A DNA stretch of 64,000 nt, taken from Vairimorpha necatrix (taxonomy: Eukaryota). The notes beneath the pieces are model-generated. The model saw only the letters and a list, made by a program, of their open reading frames with translations. It did no database searches and had not been told where the DNA came from. This document shows positions 22,261-33,726 of the stretch, piece by piece (position 1 is the stretch's first letter; the number at the start of each line of letters is the position of its first letter). The DNA is taken from assembly GCA_036630325.1 (NCBI GenBank), contig CP142730.1:682001-746000 (forward strand). The letters run 5' to 3'. The position numbers and the translations under genes are program-made.

Positions 22261-25200
22261 TGTCGTAGCCGATCAAATGCTGACCAATCATATTCTTACA
22301 AATGGACAGATTTGATTGGCTACAAAAAGTATTTAAAAACATTTCCGAAAGAGGGGATGGAAAATCCAAATAAAACATTTGACATGGCGACAACGACAAA
22401 CAATGTCGGATGCTTCACAGGAGAAGCAGGTGAGGATGTAAATGTCTGGCTGAGAGACATAATGTTGGTAGGGGAAGTTTCGAAATGGACCAATGATCAA
22501 TTCAAAGCGGCATTGGTGAGCAAGCTCAGGGGGAAAGCATTATCATGGGCTTCCCAGACATTAGGCGGGAAAATGGAGACAGTCAGCTTAGAGGAAATAC
22601 TTCATTTAATAAAGAAAAGATTTGGATCGTATAAGAACAACGATATAACACTAAGCAGGTTCCTCTCAATAATGGTCCCGGAAACGAGAGAAGATTACTC
22701 GCAGATGCTACAGGAAGCTACTGTAATATATGAGAGATCTCTTATAAATTTGGACGCTTTGTGCCAAATGGTAATTAATAAATCACCAATGGAGATAAAA
22801 GCTCTGTTATACCAGACCGCAACTACAGTCCAGACGTGGCAAGGATTTATACAAAAGGCGGAGGAGATATCGTGGATTCCATATCCCGATAAGATGTTAG
22901 CTAGGACTAAGCTACACGACAACGCGGGCAGAGGGCCCCACACTAATTTTTACAAAGAAAAAGGATTTAAAAGAAACATAACCCATGAAAAACTACCGCG
23001 GCATACTAATAAACGGTGCACACTCCACGGGGAATGTAACCATTCCACAAGAGACTGCAAAGCACTTACCATAATACTCAATAGAGAAAGAAACAACTTG
23101 AAGAGAAAAAATATAAATGCCGTTGAAGAATACGAAAGTGACGAGAAAGATCATGACAATAAAGAAATTGAATTCTATTTACATCATATACAAAATAGTT
23201 TTAACCCATTTTTTGTGGAAAGCCGTCTCTTTAATAAAAATACGAAAGTACTACTAGACACTGGGGCCGATGTTTCGGTCATAAATTACAATGATATTCC
23301 ACAAGAAGAACGTAATAAGATTATTAGATATAATGGCGTAGTAAAAGGTATAGGAAATGAAATATTAAAAATAGAAGGCTATTTAAAAGACTGTATAATC
23401 GAAATCAATGGAAAAGGTGTGATCTTCTCACCCTTAATAATCAAAGACATAAAATATGTTATAATAGGAGCAAATGTAATATGCGACAATAGAAAACTGA
23501 TTTTAGATATTCTAAATGCACCAAAATATAGAATCAACCAAATGTCGAATTCCGCATGTGATTTAGAAGAGAACAAAATTTTGAAAGAGTACGAGGACGT
23601 CTTCAAAACAGAAATAAGCGACTATAACCTCTGCACTGCAGGTAGTCATCGTATACAGACGAACAGTACGAAGATAATTTGCCAAAGGAACGGAAGAATA
23701 CCAGTATCACAAGAAGAAGCCGTAAATGAAGAAATCAACAAACTCCTAGAACTTGGAATTTTAAGGGAAAGCAGAAGTCCCTGGTGTAGCAGAATACTGA
23801 TGGTACCGAAGCCTGACAAAACATGGAGAATGTGCGTAGACTATAGAGGTCTGAATAGCATAACAGTAAAGGACGCATACATGACACCTAGAATCGACGA
23901 GATTTTTGACAGTCTATCAACTGCAACTATTTTTACAATACTGGACGCGACTAGTGGATTCCATCAAATTCCTTTACAAGAAGAAGACAAGGAAAAGACA
24001 GCATTTTCGTATAGGGGGAAATTATACGAATTTAATCGTATGCCGTTCGGACTATGTAACGCCCCAGCAACATTTCAAAGGGCAATGGACAATATATTCA
24101 GGAAAGAAAACCATAATTTTGTGATCCCATACTTAGACGATATTATAATATATTCAAGGAACAAGGAAGAACATAAGAAACATGTGAGAATAGTATTGGG
24201 AAAAATAAGAGCGGCAAATCTATCGCTTAATAAGAAAAAGTGTAAATTCTTTAGATCGGAAATAAAGATCTTGGGGAACGTCATTGGAAACGGAATCATA
24301 AAGGTAGACGAAACGCGCATTAAGGATATACAAGCGTACCCAATTCCTACCACCATAAAGGAATTAAGGAGTTTTCTAGGAATGGCCAACTATTGCAGGG
24401 ATTTTGTGACAAAGATGGCAGAAATTACGGGACCCTTGTATGATGTACTTAAGGGCGAAAAACAGACATCTGGTAAAAAAATTAAACTTACTGACAAACA
24501 GCTGGATACGTTTAAAACCGTTAAAAAAGTACTAAGCCAAAATACAATACGTACACAGCCAAATTTTAAAGCTCCATTCATTCTGGTTACTGACGCATCT
24601 GAAACGGGAATAGGAGCGGTGCTGCTGCAAAAGAACAAAACTGGAGCTGAAAAAATGATAGCCGCCTTTAGCAAAAGACTAGATAATTGTCAGAAGAATT
24701 ATTCAGTTACCGATAAAGAACTTCTTGGCTTGGTTAAAGGAATAGAACATTTTAGACATTACCTTTTGGGAAGCAAATTTACGCTCAGAACGGACCACAA
24801 AGCCTTAATCTATCTATGGACAGTGAAGGATCCAACTAGTAGGATTCTCAGATGGGCACTCAAATTGGCGGAATACGACTTCGAATTGGAGTATATAAAA
24901 GGAGAGCATAACATTGCTGATGGCTTTAGTAGATTTCACCAAGAGTGTGAAACATGTAACATTGATTTACATCAGTTATCGAATAATAACATCAACGACA
25001 TACTAGAGGAGTACCATAAAATATCAGGGCATGGGACATCAAATACCATGAAATTTATGATTTCACAGGCACATAAGTGGAAAACAATGCACCAAGACAT
25101 TTCGAAATTCGTAAGCAATTGCAAAACATGTCTTCGTTCGGGATATCAACGCGTGAAGACAAAGAACAAAGTAATACTTTCAGAAAGACCCAATCAGCTG

Positions 25201-26115
25201 TGGGAATTTGATCTGCTTGGAAAACTTTCGGACAACAGCGGAAGCGGATACATATTTGTAGCGATCGATCACTACTCTAAATGGATAGAAACCAAGATCT
25301 TACGAAGCAAAAAGAGCTGTGAAATATATAAGGCGATCGAAGAATTAATCATTAGTAAGCATGGGATACCCGAAAGAATCTTGACAGACAACGGCTTAGA
25401 GTTTGACAACAGCGTGGTACAAGCATTAGGTTCAAAGTATAATATATCATGGGAATTTTGTTCGCCATACCATCACCAGACTACAGGCGCGGTTGAGAGG
25501 GTCATACAAACATTGACGAACAAAATTAGAAAATTAGCAAACTATGGCGAAATTGGCTAGAGGAAAGTTGTCAAAGAAGCTACATTGGCAGTAAATCTAT
25601 CGTTTAACCGATCAATAGGAACATCGCCGTACATTCTAAAATACGGTCAGCAAATAACAACAGCCATAGATGAGAGAATAGGAGTTACCCCTAAGACCTA
25701 TACGAAGCAAGAACTTTTACGGAAGAGGGACTTAAACTTTAAAAAATACAGCAAATACATCGTTAAAGGGAAAAAAGATATAAAGCAAAAGTTTAAAATA
25801 GGAGAAGATGTTTTAGTTTACAGAGATTACCCAGGAAGTGGAAAGTTAGAAGCTAAATGGTCACCTGGTTATATTATTGTCAAAATTTTAAGTGAAGACG
25901 CATTTCTGGTAAAAAGGAAAAATTCAGCAGGCGTATTGAGAGTTAACATAAGTCATATTAAGAAGGACACGTCGAAGACTGATTGAGGGGGTGTCGTAGC
26001 CGATCAAATGCTGACCAATCATATTCTTACAAATGGACAGATTTGATTGGCTACAAAAAGTATTTAAAAACATTTCCGAAAGAGGGGATGGAAAATCCAA
26101 ATAAAACATTTGACA
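22261..26115 (+). mobile_element. Full-length Ty3/gypsy LTR retrotransposon (3855 bp)
   Basis: Identical 124-bp TG..CA LTRs at 22261-22384 and 25992-26115. 5-bp TSD TATCT at 22256-60 and 26116-20. PBS-like TGGCGAC at 22385; PPT GAGGGGG before the 3' LTR. Confidence 0.97.
22357..25986 (+). pseudogene. Single-frame Gag-Pol (Gag, PR, RT, RNase H, IN) with one premature stop
   Basis: CxxH..H...C knuckle, LLDTGAD, WRMCVDYR, YLDDII, TDASETGIG, H..GH/C..C, TDNGLEF, GAVER. TAG at 25558-60; the same frame continues to TGA at 25986. Confidence 0.92.
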
Positions 26116-26343
26116 TATCTTATTTATAAATTTGATCTATACTGTATTTTGTAAATTTAAAATTTTTTCTATAAATTGTTTTTTTCTTTAGCCCCCAATT
26201 CGAAAGCTACAGAGAATATTTTCTGTGATATTTCTCTGCCATTTTGAATAACATCAAAATAATAAAACCAGAAACAGTCTTTGTCTTTACATCGATTGTG
26301 ACAGTTTTATTTACATTTTCTTATAATTTCTTTTTTACCCCAC

Positions 26344-29247
26344 ATGTATTTTTATTGTTACAACTTACAAAGCTTCTTACCAAACACAATTTATTTGTAC
26401 GGTAGAAAACTGGAAACAGACTCAGAGAAAGATCTCGACAATATAGAAACATTAAAATCTACACAACTGAAACTTACAGTAGATCTAGTAGACTCTCCTC
26501 TTTTAGCAGTCTACAATAATAATAAAGAAATTTCTTGTTTAAAACAAGATCTTATAAATTATTACGGGACTATGAAATTTATAGAAGAAGACAAACTTGT
26601 AAATATTTTCTACGATGATTTGGGTAGAGAAATCTCAGTACTGAGATTTCTACCAGAAAAAAAATCAAATCTAAATTTCAAGAGTGAATTTTGTAGTAAA
26701 ATATTTTATGAATTTCTGAATCCTCTGGAGACAGCTTTAATTTCGAAAGATATCAAACTTCCTTGTGTATTGAAAATTAAAGGGAATAAGACTTATATAA
26801 AATTTACAGATTTGGAAAAGAGGATTAAATGTAATATGCCAAGATTAAATTATGCAAGTATAAGCATAAAAATGGAGAATTATGAAATTATAAATTTCGT
26901 AATTTGCATAAATGGCATAAAATATTATTCAGGGAAATCGCAAAATATGAAAAATGAAAGACCTAAATCTAAGGATAAAATCAATAAAGAAAATGATATC
27001 AAACAAGAGCAAATTATATTTAAAGATAATAATGATTTGATAAATAAAATAAAAGATATCATTTCTATGGAACAAATAGACTGCTTAATTTATTTTAATA
27101 ACTTAGGCCCTTTGAAACTTGAATTCCCTAAACAAATCATCTGCGACATGTTCCAATACGCCACTGCTAACATAAAATCTAGAGACTTCTCAATATTAGA
27201 ATTATGTAAATACTTTAAACTTCCTTATGAACACACCACTGACCTATTTATAATTTCCAAAATCTTATACGATTTATTTATAAAATCAAATGCCTTGATT
27301 TTATCTAAAGAATTATCCGAATTATCAGGCTACACAATAAACAAAGTATTAAACAACAACAGAGCCGAAATTATAGAATACGCTTTATTACACGAATTGT
27401 ATAATAATAAATATTTACTGCCACCAGAGACGACAAATAAAAGTGAGAAATATTTGGGAGGACTTGTACTTGATCCAGAGACAGGAGTTTATGATGAATT
27501 GGTCTTGTTATTAGATTTTAATTCTTTGTATCCTAGTATTATACAAGAATATAATGTGTGTTTTTCTAATCCAGAGATATTTAGAAAATTAAACTCGACA
27601 ACTTACAAATATGATTCAATAACTGACACAACAACTATCTATGACGATAAACAAGATGCTATTGATAAATCTATGGGAATTTTACCTAAAATATTATCAA
27701 ACTTGATAAAAAGAAGAAAAGAAGTCAAAAAACTTATGAAATCAAATACACACTCGAATATTTACAATATAAGACAACTAGCCTTAAAAATCCTTGCAAA
27801 TAGTATCTACGGATCCTTGGGATACCCAAACAGTAGATTCTGTAATTACAATATGGCGTCATTTATAACAGAAAAAGGAAGGGAAATATTACAAGATACT
27901 AAGAAATCTATAGAAGAAGATTTAAAATATAAAGTAATTTATGGAGACACAGACTCGATAATGATAAACACGGGATTAAAATGTACAGAAGAGAATATTA
28001 ATAAAGCCAAAGGGATATCTAATAAAGTTATAGAATTGATAAATGGGAAATATAAAAATGTAGAGATTGAGTTAGAGAAGATATTTGTTAAATTGTTGAT
28101 ATATAAAAAGAAGAAATATATAGGCAGATATATAAATATTAAAGACACTTCTCCCGACATGAAAGATGCATTATTTAATAGTGAAAAATCTGATTATAAT
28201 AAAGATGCACTAAATTCTAATTACGATAACAGTGGGTTATCTTATTACAATAACAGTGCGTTATCTATTGAGAAAATTGCACTAAATTCTAAATACAATA
28301 AAGATGCACTATCTAATGATAATAGTCAAAATGACAGATTTAATACTCCCTTAGATAGTTTGTATGATATAAAAGAAGAATATAAAGGCACTGATAGTGT
28401 AAAAAGAAACTTCTGCCAAGCATCTGTCGACATACTAAACAAAGTCAATAAGATTTTGTTGGGTACAGACAAATCAGACTTATACAAAGTCTTAAAAGAA
28501 GAATTTGAATTATTAAAACACAGAGACAAAAAGGACTTTATAATCCACAATATGTTAAACAAACCCTTGTCCCATTACGCTTCTAATGTACCCCTCCCTT
28601 TCATACACCTCTGTAAAAGACTCAAAGAAAAAGGAATTATTTACAAGACACATGACATGATTTCTTATATTATAGGCGAATCAGACAAAGAGAAAGATTT
28701 TTATAAGAGGGCATTTCTCCCCACGGAGAAGTGTAAGGTAGATATAAATTATTATATTAATAACCAGATACTTCCTCCTCTACTAAGGGCCTTGTCTATT
28801 AGTCATTATTCCATAGAGAGGATTTATAGAATATTCAATATTGAGTACAAGAAGACGCACTCCCAGAAGATATTACAAATTAAGACGGAGTGCTGTCAGT
28901 ATACACAAAATCCCAGTATTACATGCGGCCAGTGTGGGAATAAACTAGAAGAGGGTGTTTATTTGAGGAATATAAGGGAAGTTATATGCGTAGAAATAGA
29001 GAGGAAGTTTTCTCTGTGTTTTGAGTGTGAAGATTGTAAATTACAATTTGAAGGGTATTTTGATAATTGCCTGTACTGCATGAGCGAGTTGAAGTTTAAG
29101 CCTAAGAATGAAGAATTTGATACATTCCTTGAATATTTAGTGGGGAAGTTTACTAGTTTGGGATATTTTGAAGTAGTGAAATATGTGAAAATGCATTTAG
29201 ACAATTCTGAATTTCGTATGTACGACATATCACAGTATTTTACATAA
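26344..29247 (+). CDS. POL1: DNA polymerase alpha catalytic subunit (family B), reduced
   Basis: YLGGLVLDP, DFNSLYPSIIQEYNVCFS, QLALKILANSIYG, YGDTDS, KKKY and C-terminal Cys clusters. Confidence 0.9.
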   Translation: MYFYCYNLQSFLPNTIYLYGRKLETDSEKDLDNIETLKSTQLKLTVDLVDSPLLAVYNNNKEISCLKQDLINYYGTMKFIEEDKLVNIFYDDLGREISVLRFLPEKKSNLNFKSEFCSKIFYEFLNPLETALISKDIKLPCVLKIKGNKTYIKFTDLEKRIKCNMPRLNYASISIKMENYEIINFVICINGIKYYSGKSQNMKNERPKSKDKINKENDIKQEQIIFKDNNDLINKIKDIISMEQIDCLIYFNNLGPLKLEFPKQIICDMFQYATANIKSRDFSILELCKYFKLPYEHTTDLFIISKILYDLFIKSNALILSKELSELSGYTINKVLNNNRAEIIEYALLHELYNNKYLLPPETTNKSEKYLGGLVLDPETGVYDELVLLLDFNSLYPSIIQEYNVCFSNPEIFRKLNSTTYKYDSITDTTTIYDDKQDAIDKSMGILPKILSNLIKRRKEVKKLMKSNTHSNIYNIRQLALKILANSIYGSLGYPNSRFCNYNMASFITEKGREILQDTKKSIEEDLKYKVIYGDTDSIMINTGLKCTEENINKAKGISNKVIELINGKYKNVEIELEKIFVKLLIYKKKKYIGRYINIKDTSPDMKDALFNSEKSDYNKDALNSNYDNSGLSYYNNSALSIEKIALNSKYNKDALSNDNSQNDRFNTPLDSLYDIKEEYKGTDSVKRNFCQASVDILNKVNKILLGTDKSDLYKVLKEEFELLKHRDKKDFIIHNMLNKPLSHYASNVPLPFIHLCKRLKEKGIIYKTHDMISYIIGESDKEKDFYKRAFLPTEKCKVDINYYINNQILPPLLRALSISHYSIERIYRIFNIEYKKTHSQKILQIKTECCQYTQNPSITCGQCGNKLEEGVYLRNIREVICVEIERKFSLCFECEDCKLQFEGYFDNCLYCMSELKFKPKNEEFDTFLEYLVGKFTSLGYFEVVKYVKMHLDNSEFRMYDISQYFT

Positions 29248-29329
29248 TAAAGTTAACATTTAAAAATAAATACTATTTAATATAGAAATAAAATTATAAT
29301 AATAATAAAATTTATTTATTAAATTTCAT

Positions 29330-30346
29330 TTATAAAAGATTGATGTTTCTAGTGGCACAATATTTTTTTGTTTTCTCGTCCCATTCTGAAACTTGTACTT
29401 CGCCTATGTGAAGTTTATCAAGCAGAAACATGCACACCCTTGACTGGCCAATACCCCCGCCTATTGTAAAAGGGAGCTCATCATTCAATAACATGCTATG
29501 AAACTTGAGACTAGTCCTGTCTAGTGCGCCGGCTTCTTCTAATTGTCTCATGAGGCTCTCTTTGCTCACTCGTATTCCCATAGAAGATATTTCATAAGGA
29601 ATGTCTAGTAGCTCATTGTAAAGAAGAATATCTCCATTTAATTCCCAGTCGTCATAATCGGGCGCCCTTCCATCGTGGCGAGTGCCTGAGCGGAGTACTC
29701 CGCCTATTTTCATTAAGAAGACGGCCTTGTGCTTCTTGACACACTCGTATTCTCTTTCTTTTGGGTCAAGATCGGGATACTCGTCCTCTAAATCTTGTGT
29801 AAAGATGAACTGTATGTCTTCTGGTAACTTATGAGTCAGCTCTTGGTATTCACTTCTTATTAAGAAATCTGTCTCTTTTAGACTCTTGTAAATATCCTTG
29901 ACTGTCTTCTTAAGGTACTCAATGTTCCTGTCTTCTTCTTTTATTACTTTCTCCCAGTCCCATTGATCCACATAGTACGAGTGTATGTTAGACAAATCTT
30001 CATCAATACGCAGTGCATTCATGTTTGTGTATAAACCACTGTACATATCAAAATTGTACTTCTTAAGGGCGTGTCTCTTCCATTTGGCCAAGGAGTGTAC
30101 GATCGTAGTAGTCGGGCCAGTCTTGAGATCAATCTTGATCTTCCTCTCTGTGCCATTTAAGTCGTCATTGAAGCCCGAGGAAGAAGTGACCATAAGAGGA
30201 GCAGAGACGCGTCTGAGATTGAGATTCTTACAAAGAGCATCTTGGAAAAAAGTACGAACTTTAGTGATCTGGTCTTCAGTGAGTATGAAATTGGTTTTTT
30301 TGTCTTGTGGTTTGACCTTGTCAAACTTTGATTGATAAAACGACAT
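29330..30346 (-). CDS. asnA: Aspartate-ammonia ligase (asparagine synthetase A), bacterial-type
   Basis: NDDLNGTER, VHSLAKWKR, GLYTNMNALR, HSYYVDQWDWE, HDGRAPDYDDW, SSMGIRV, TIGGGIGQSR, HIGEVQ. ATG at 30346 follows CCCCC. Confidence 0.96.
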   Translation of the reverse strand: MSFYQSKFDKVKPQDKKTNFILTEDQITKVRTFFQDALCKNLNLRRVSAPLMVTSSSGFNDDLNGTERKIKIDLKTGPTTTIVHSLAKWKRHALKKYNFDMYSGLYTNMNALRIDEDLSNIHSYYVDQWDWEKVIKEEDRNIEYLKKTVKDIYKSLKETDFLIRSEYQELTHKLPEDIQFIFTQDLEDEYPDLDPKEREYECVKKHKAVFLMKIGGVLRSGTRHDGRAPDYDDWELNGDILLYNELLDIPYEISSMGIRVSKESLMRQLEEAGALDRTSLKFHSMLLNDELPFTIGGGIGQSRVCMFLLDKLHIGEVQVSEWDEKTKKYCATRNINLL

Positions 30347-30829
30347 TGGGGGATTAAACAAAATTTGACTTTTTATACTTGGAGATGTCAAACAACATGT
30401 CAAACACTTTTTTTATCCGTAAATTTGTATTTTCTCGTAAAATGAAAATTTTAAATTTGAGTTGAAATTTTGACATCTATCAGTTTTTATTTAGTAAAAT
30501 TCGTTTTTTTTGTATCTTAATATTTATTAGATCAAAATGTGGTCTAATAATGGTAGTCATTATTTTTAAATATAATAATAACTTCATAATTTAAGATAAT
30601 AATGTATTACAAGGTTTATTTCGTTATTTTATGCATTTACAGTACCATGTTTATATTGAATAATCGCCACCTTATATAAATTCAAAAAAAAATTCATTGA
30701 AAAAAATCTTCTCTTGCTCTTTTTTCTAGCATGTCTATCATATTTCAGTACACCGCAAGGCAAAAATATCTATTATCTAGACATATAATAGCCAAAATAC
30801 TTGTTTTGATTAGACAATCTACAAAATAA

Positions 30830-32665
30830 AAAGAAAAAAACACATCTTGGTCATGAAAAGAATACTTTGATGAAATAAAACTGTTAAGAATAAGAAGTTA
30901 TGTCTATAATTGATGTCAAGACCATTTATCTTCTTTAAACTTTCCGCGGATAATGAAAAATGACCTTATCCATTATGAAAACTTATCAAGATTAGGCTGA
31001 AGTAAGCATTAGCTACAAAAAATCGATAATGGGTTTTTTTGCCCCTTTTTTTTAAAAATGGAGGAAAGAATTCGGACAAGAGAAGAATTGGAGATCATGT
31101 ATAATGATTTAATAATAAAGAAACAAAATAAAAAATGTAGCGTCTGTAATCAATAATGAAGCAAAGAGGGGAGCAAAGAAGTCTCATAAGGTGTCCATGG
31201 AGCTCATGTAAAAACACAATTTTAATTTGGAATGGAACTTTCTTTCAGCAGTCAAACTAAATCACATTACAATATTACAAATACTAAATTTATGGATTTT
31301 AGGTTATTCGCGTAAGTCCATTTCTCATGTTTTAGGTTGTACTAAACCTTCTATATCTTTCGTGCTAAAAAAAGTAAAAGAAATGAGTCTTTATGATAAG
31401 TATTTATCTAGTATAGGGACTATTGGAGGCGATAATACTATAATGGAAATTGATGAGACTAAGATTGGGAAGAATAAATACAATAGGGGGAAGTAAGTAA
31501 AAGGATTTTGGTGTTTTGGAATGGTCGAACGTACCATCCAACGTAAAATCATAGTAGTATATATTAAGAAAAGAAACAAAAGGACACTTACTGAACTTCT
31601 TTTAAAATATGTAAGTAGAAGCAGTATTATATATAGCGATATGTGGAGAGCGTATCATTCTTTAAATACAATATTTAACCAACATCATATGGTTAATCAT
31701 ACATTACATTTTAGAGATCCGAATACAGGAGTACATACCAATACCATAGAAGGTAATTGGAGATCTTTAAAACAATCTATACCAAATAGAAATAGATCAT
31801 CAAATAGCGCTAAACTTTATTTATTTAGATATATGATCCAAAGAAACTCCACAACTTCAGTGTTTGAAGATTTATTAAAATATTTATTCTAGTTTTTATT
31901 TTTGTTCCTTCCTCATCATTTTCTTTCCTCCATTTTTTAAAAAAAGGGGCAAAAAAAAACAAAAAAACCCTATATCGATTTTTTGTAGCTAATGCTTACT
32001 TCAGCCCAAGATTATTTCAAAAGAACATAATAGTTTATTTTTAATCCAGTTCATGCTCCTCTCGGATTATACGCTACGTCTTAATCAAATAAATATGTTC
32101 CATTTATTGTAATTGCGAAATGCAGTTAATATATTGGCCACAACATGATGGTATATCCTAATATGCTTCGGTATTATTTCCTAAATATCCTCAACCTAGT
32201 GTCGTATGAGTGTTTATAGGTTATCAAGAAAAAAACTAGATTTTTTAATTAGTACCTACCAATTACAATTAATATATATATATTCAACTTGTATATTTTG
32301 TCCAGAGAATTCTGTTCAGCTGGAATCGAAGAAAGCCTTTTTTTTGTTACATGAGCTTTTTTCGATATTGAAGATATAGTCAAATTTATATTGTTTGAGT
32401 ATTTAACTCGTTAGAAATTCATTTAAGGGTGAGGTGGTTTGCACAATCATCTATGTTTTCATAACACTATTTGTATTCATGAGTATATCGCTTTCACTTA
32501 ATGCTAAGTTGGCCTAGTAAATTTATTGTGCTGTTTTTTTATGATGGATGCAACGGTTTTACAATGTAAATCAAATACATTCGACTATGAATCGTTTTTA
32601 TCTTTTGTCAACTCTAAACGATGTTTAAATTCCGATAGATTGGTTTTCTTTCTTTTATACCATTA
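30830..32665 (-). mobile_element. Highly decayed IS630/Tc1-like element, same family as 1261-2050, interrupted by Merlin
   Basis: 32015-32665 aligns by eye with 1300-1977 (e.g. GATGCAACGGTTTTAC.ATGTAAATCAA). FIMD motif resumes left of the Merlin at ~30970. Left boundary approximate. Confidence 0.7.
30995..32006 (+). mobile_element. Merlin DNA transposon (1012 bp) with frameshifted transposase
   Basis: 8-bp TSD CAAGATTA at 30987-94 and 32007-14. 34-bp perfect TIR GGCTGAAGTAAGCATTAGCTACAAAAAATCGATA, extending imperfectly to ~76 bp. Motifs EIDETKIGK, GMVER, SDMWRAY, HTNTIEGNW. Confidence 0.94.
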
Positions 32666-32968
32666 GATGGCTTTTAATTTCAAACTTTTATTGCTCTATA
32701 GAGTTTCAAACATGATAATTTAAAATCAAATATAGCGATCTGAAAATATTACATTGTAAAATTCAAACATCCCATACGGAATTTCTTCTCCTGTAATATT
32801 CATATAATTATAAAATAAATATCTAATTATTACATTATTATTAGTAATTTGTCATAAATCAATTCTGTCATGTTCCATGTACCAGTAGATTTTATCCATT
32901 TTTTATGTACCAATAAATGTCGGAGATCATATTTTTTATATTAAAAGTTATTTTTTCACAATCAAATT

Positions 32969-33550
32969 ATGTCAATTTGTTCGCAGACTAAACAACTCTT
33001 AATAAATTATTATCAGAAATTATTTGTCCCCAAATTCAGAGTTTGTGTCTTAGGCCTAACTAATTCTGCTAAATCTTCTACAATATCTTCTGTATTCAAT
33101 ATTTCTAATTATGACAATACTAAAGAAATAAATAAAGTAGATTATAAAACTGATAATGTCATCTTCCACATATACGATATAAAAGGCGGAAGAAAACAGA
33201 GAAGATTCTGGGACTACTTCTATAAGAGATGTGATGTCTTGGTATACTGTGTAGACCTCAGTGCATCAGAAGAAGTCTGGGAAGAAAGTAAATTCGAATT
33301 AAAACAATTAATTCATAGAAATAGAAGGAATATGAAGAACATGCTAGTACTGGGCACTAAGAATGATAAAGGCCGGGCTATGGAAATAGGGGAGATGATC
33401 ATGAAATTAGACCTTACATCTATATTTGAGGTAGAAATTGCCTGTTTTTCTATATCTACGAAAGATAATACGAATATTTCACTTGTAGAGCCTTGGCTTT
33501 TTGAGCAGTACAAAATTAAAGGCACACAGTCGGCATTTCAGTTATTCTAA
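32969..33550 (+). CDS. Divergent ARF-family small GTPase, Arl8-like
   Basis: VLGLTNSAKSS, YDIKGG, WDYFY..CDVLVYCVD, VLGTKND; EIACFSISTKDNTNI resembles the Arl8 C-terminus. Confidence 0.8.
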   Translation: MSICSQTKQLLINYYQKLFVPKFRVCVLGLTNSAKSSTISSVFNISNYDNTKEINKVDYKTDNVIFHIYDIKGGRKQRRFWDYFYKRCDVLVYCVDLSASEEVWEESKFELKQLIHRNRRNMKNMLVLGTKNDKGRAMEIGEMIMKLDLTSIFEVEIACFSISTKDNTNISLVEPWLFEQYKIKGTQSAFQLF

Positions 33551-33726
33551 AATAAATTTTGTATATTTATAATATCTCTAACTGTTCTTATACAATCAAT
33601 ACATGTACATTTATATAATGATCTTGAAATGTCTTAATTGTTTTCTCAAAATGACTCTTGTTCTTAGTTATATAATCAAATCTAATTTGGTTTTATAATA
33701 TCTTGTTTTTTATCTTAATACCCTTA

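Noticed and set aside
28140-28385. Intein in the DNA polymerase
   Set aside because: Short and low-complexity; lacks the His-Asn C-terminal splice motif and LAGLIDADG blocks.
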